Part shown: positions 61,284-64,000 of the stretch, one piece after another
Layout of the letters: each line of letters opens with the position of its first letter
Numbering within the stretch: position 1 is the stretch's first letter
Origin: Candidatus Limnocylindrales bacterium
GTDB lineage: Bacteria; Chloroflexota; Limnocylindria; Limnocylindrales; CSP1-4
NCBI GenBank assembly: GCA_049514315.1
Contig: JBEKVD010000001.1
Coordinates: forward strand, 4,380 to 68,379
Direction: 5' to 3'
DNA length: 64,000 nucleotides
Translations under genes and position numbers: made by a program
Notes under the pieces: generated by a model
The model's database searches: none
The model's input: the letters and a program-made list of their open reading frames with translations, nothing else
Told to the model about the DNA's origin: nothing

Positions 61284-62819
61284 ATGCGTCCCAAGTCATG
61301 GCTGCAGTCACCGACCGGGGCTGCGCTGCTGTCGTTCTTGTTCCCCGGTCTCGGTCAGGCCGCCGCCGGGGATCCCGAGCGTGGCGTGATCGTCGCGGTC
61401 CCGATGATCGCCACCCTGGGCGCGGGCGCGATCGTGTTCGTCTTCGACCGCAAGGCGATCTTCGACGCCCTCATCCAGCCCTCCGCCCTGATGACCCTCC
61501 TCCTCCTCGACGGGGTGGTCCTGGCCTATCGCATCTGGGCCATCATCGACGCGTACCTCCTTGCTCGGGGTGAGCAGCGCAGGCAGCGATCCCCTCGCCG
61601 GCCCTCGGGTTCGACCGCGGCGGTGCCGCTCGCGATTCTGTTGATTGCCACGGTCGGCACCCACGCGGCCTTTGGCGCCGTCGACGTGCAGGCCCAGACC
61701 GCCATCTCCTGTGTCTTCAACAGCGACGCGCCGTGCTTCTTCGCCGGCGGTGGCGATCTTGCTCCCGGCGAAACCGTCCCGATCTACACCGATGCGCCGA
61801 CGGACACTCCGTTCGGGTCGGCCGCGGGCTCGGCCGCTTCCGCCACGCCGGTGCCGAAGGTCCCCGTGTACGCAGTCCCGACCCTTGAGGCCATCACCGG
61901 CGGGAACACCGACTGGGCGTCGGATGGCAAACTCGTGCTGCTGCTCGTCGGCGCCGACCAGGGTGTGGGCCGGTGGAGCCTTCGTCCCGACACGATGATC
62001 CTGCTCGAGGTGGACATCGCCACCGGTCGGGCGGCCATGTACGGCATTCCGCGAAACCTGGAGAACGTGCCTCTGGGAGCCGCGGCGGCGAACGCCTATC
62101 CCTGCCACTGCTTCCCGTACCCAAACTTGCTAAACGCGCTCTGGCTTGACGCGGTCAGCAAGCCAGGGCTCTACCCATACCCCGGCAGCGACTTCGTGCG
62201 TGGCTTCAAGGCCCTCGAGGATGCAGTCGGGACCCTGGCCGGGCTTCACGTCGACGGCGCGGTCGTGCTCAACCTGATGGGCTTTGTTCGGCTGATCGAC
62301 GCCCTGTTCCCGCAAGGGCTGACCGTCAACGTCCCCACCGAGTTGAAGGACAACCAGTACTCCGAACCGCAGGATGGCAAGGACATCACCATCGACATCA
62401 AGCCCGGGGTCCAGCAAATGGACGGGTTGGTAGCCCTCGAATACGCACGCAGCCGCCACCAGGACTCAGACTACGGCCGCATGGTGCGCCAGCAGCTGGT
62501 CTTGAAGGCGATCCGTGCGCAGATCAATCCCTGCTCGCTGGTGACGCAGATTCCGTCGATTCTGGGCGCCGTGGGCCAGACGTTCTGGACCGACATGTCG
62601 CTCAACGACGCCCCGGAAATGCTGGCGCTGATGGAACACATCGGAGTGAGCAACCTGCAGGGCTACGAACTCACGCCCGATGTCACGGGCGCGACGGATG
62701 ACTTCCTGACCGCCGCGTCCGTCGCCAAGATACAGAGCATCGTGGCGCACGGCCTCGACGGGGTACCGGCCGGGATCACGGGCGGCGGTGGCGGAGGCGG
62801 CGGCGGGCTGAGCTGCTAG
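61284..62819 (+). CDS. LytR-CpsA-Psr (LCP) family cell-envelope phosphotransferase
   Basis: N-terminal TM helices. The LCP core has LLLVGADQGVGRWSLRPDTMILLEVD...MDGLVALEYARSRH. The C-terminus ends in a Gly9 run. Confidence 0.8.
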   Translation: MRPKSWLQSPTGAALLSFLFPGLGQAAAGDPERGVIVAVPMIATLGAGAIVFVFDRKAIFDALIQPSALMTLLLLDGVVLAYRIWAIIDAYLLARGEQRRQRSPRRPSGSTAAVPLAILLIATVGTHAAFGAVDVQAQTAISCVFNSDAPCFFAGGGDLAPGETVPIYTDAPTDTPFGSAAGSAASATPVPKVPVYAVPTLEAITGGNTDWASDGKLVLLLVGADQGVGRWSLRPDTMILLEVDIATGRAAMYGIPRNLENVPLGAAAANAYPCHCFPYPNLLNALWLDAVSKPGLYPYPGSDFVRGFKALEDAVGTLAGLHVDGAVVLNLMGFVRLIDALFPQGLTVNVPTELKDNQYSEPQDGKDITIDIKPGVQQMDGLVALEYARSRHQDSDYGRMVRQQLVLKAIRAQINPCSLVTQIPSILGAVGQTFWTDMSLNDAPEMLALMEHIGVSNLQGYELTPDVTGATDDFLTAASVAKIQSIVAHGLDGVPAGITGGGGGGGGGLSC

Positions 62820-63081
62820 TGTCCCGATTCGCTGATGGCCGACCGCTTGCGGACCGCTGTGGCCAGGATCTGGTCGGCTGTCTTTGTCCAGACCAACGGC
62901 GTGGGACCCTGCTTCACGTTCTTCCGGACAAGCCACCAGGGGAGCAACTGCATGGTTTGCCGTAAGCCGAATCCTGGTGCGAACGCATTCACGGTCTAGC
63001 GTTCTTCGAAGCGGGACACTAGCAGGTCAGGAGTGTCTGGCCGGTGTCCACCAAAGATTGAGGCTTCCCAGCCAACAACAT

Positions 63082-64000
63082 TCAGTCGACCGGCACCAGG
63101 TGGACGGGTTGGCCGTTCACGTTGACCTCCCAGGTCGTCGTGTCGTTGCCACCGGTAACGTTGTACTGCACCTGCCACCAGCCGCCCTGCCACAAGCCGT
63201 TGGCGCCGTAGTTGGCAGACAGCGGAATAGTGATCTCGATCCAGGTGTTGTTGAAGCTGCTTTTGTTGCTGCCGTTGGCGACTGTGATGCTGCTGCGGCC
63301 GCTGGCCGAGCAGACATCCGACGTCCCGGAGACGCAGTTACCCGGACTCACTCGTGCCAGGCTCGAGTTGTAGTTGTAGGTGCTGTATGAGAAGTTAGTG
63401 ACCAGCACCGGGCTCGACCCGGATGTGTCCGGGCTCAGGACTTGGAGGGTACCTCCCGTGGAGTCTCCGACGTCGAACAGGTCGATGGTCAGCGTCTTGC
63501 CAGCGCCCGTCTTCTGGTCGACCTTGGACAGGTAGAACTTCTGCACGCCGCCGACCAGGTTGTTGTAGACGGCCATGTCCTGGTAGCCGTAGACCTGCGG
63601 GGAATTGCCGCTGGAGTCGTTGAGACCGACCGCCATGATGGCGAACATGTTCTCCGCGTTGGTACTGGCGTTGACGGTCCCGGAAATCGAGTCACTGGTC
63701 GAGACCTGGACCTCGTAGGTCCCGGCGCTTAAACCGCTTGCGAGCGTCCACCACTGGTTGTGGTAGGCGTCGCATAAACCGGAGCCGTGAGCTCCGCCGT
63801 CCGTGCCGCGCTCGTTTAGGAACAGCCCGCCATCGGTGTTGCCCGTCTTGGTCCACTCGCCTGGATCGATAGGAATGCCGTTCGTGTTCCAGAGGGTGTA
63901 GTACGTGGAGACGCTGTTGTAGGTACTGCCATTGCTACCCGTGCCAGCGATCCAGTGGTCGCCGGTTCCGTAGTAGCCATTTCCGTTCACCTTGTTCTCG
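63082..64000 (-). CDS. Asn/Ser/Thr/Gly-rich probable secreted beta-rich protein, C-terminal part (gene continues beyond the right edge)
   Basis: Translation is strongly N/S/T/G/Y-rich and lacks charged residues (…GNGYYGTGDHWIAGTGSNGSTYNSVSTYYTLWNTNG…). Local GC is visibly lower than the rest of the window. Confidence 0.45.
   Translation of the reverse strand, partial: ENKVNGNGYYGTGDHWIAGTGSNGSTYNSVSTYYTLWNTNGIPIDPGEWTKTGNTDGGLFLNERGTDGGAHGSGLCDAYHNQWWTLASGLSAGTYEVQVSTSDSISGTVNASTNAENMFAIMAVGLNDSSGNSPQVYGYQDMAVYNNLVGGVQKFYLSKVDQKTGAGKTLTIDLFDVGDSTGGTLQVLSPDTSGSSPVLVTNFSYSTYNYNSSLARVSPGNCVSGTSDVCSASGRSSITVANGSNKSSFNNTWIEITIPLSANYGANGLWQGGWWQVQYNVTGGNDTTTWEVNVNGQPVHLVPVD

Overview
This is a GC-rich window (roughly 70% by eye) that looks like Actinobacteria/Chloroflexi-type chromosomal DNA. 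Coding density is high and operons are tightly packed. Most long ORFs lying antisense to the called genes are high-GC frame artefacts, and I have rejected them.

The standout feature is an uncharacterised bacterial microcompartment (BMC) operon on the minus strand, about 3.9-12.1 kb. It has the signature of the sugar-phosphate-utilisation (SPU) type.
- Shell: one BMC-H hexamer, two BMC-T (one tandem PduT-like, one permuted EutL/PduB-like) and three EutN/PduN-type pentamer vertex genes (BMC-P).
- Cargo: a CoA-acylating aldehyde dehydrogenase, deoxyribose-phosphate aldolase (DeoC) and ribose-5-phosphate isomerase B (RpiB), each with an N-terminal amphipathic encapsulation-peptide-like extension.
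- Regulation: a SorC/DeoR-type regulator at the head of the operon.
- An MIO-type histidine/aromatic ammonia-lyase sits immediately downstream on the same strand.

Other content:
- A folC-folP-folB operon.
- galU and galE.
- A PASTA-domain Ser/Thr kinase-like gene with atypical catalytic motifs and a (Pro-Thr)n tail.
- Two OmpR/histidine-kinase two-component systems, one with a downstream HtrA protease (an MprAB-PepD-like layout).
- 50S ribosomal protein L25.
- Two MFS transporters and an ABC-2 exporter with a TetR regulator.
- A lone group-3-like [NiFe]-hydrogenase large subunit plus maturation protease, with no small subunit.
- An NHEJ pair (LigC-type ligase plus LigD polymerase domain) and a second, catalytically degenerate ligase-like gene.
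- PspA plus a TPM-domain membrane protein.
- tRNA-Thr(CGT) followed by a frameshifted GH31 glycosidase.
- A nitrilase-superfamily C-N hydrolase, endonuclease III, and a glycerate kinase next to a USP::glucosyl-3-phosphoglycerate synthase fusion and a second glycosyltransferase.
- CCA-adding enzyme, an HNH endonuclease and an LCP-family protein.
- A lower-GC partial gene at the right edge.

Several in-frame short tandem repeats and two intergenic repeat structures are noted. I found no CRISPR array, integrase or transposase.
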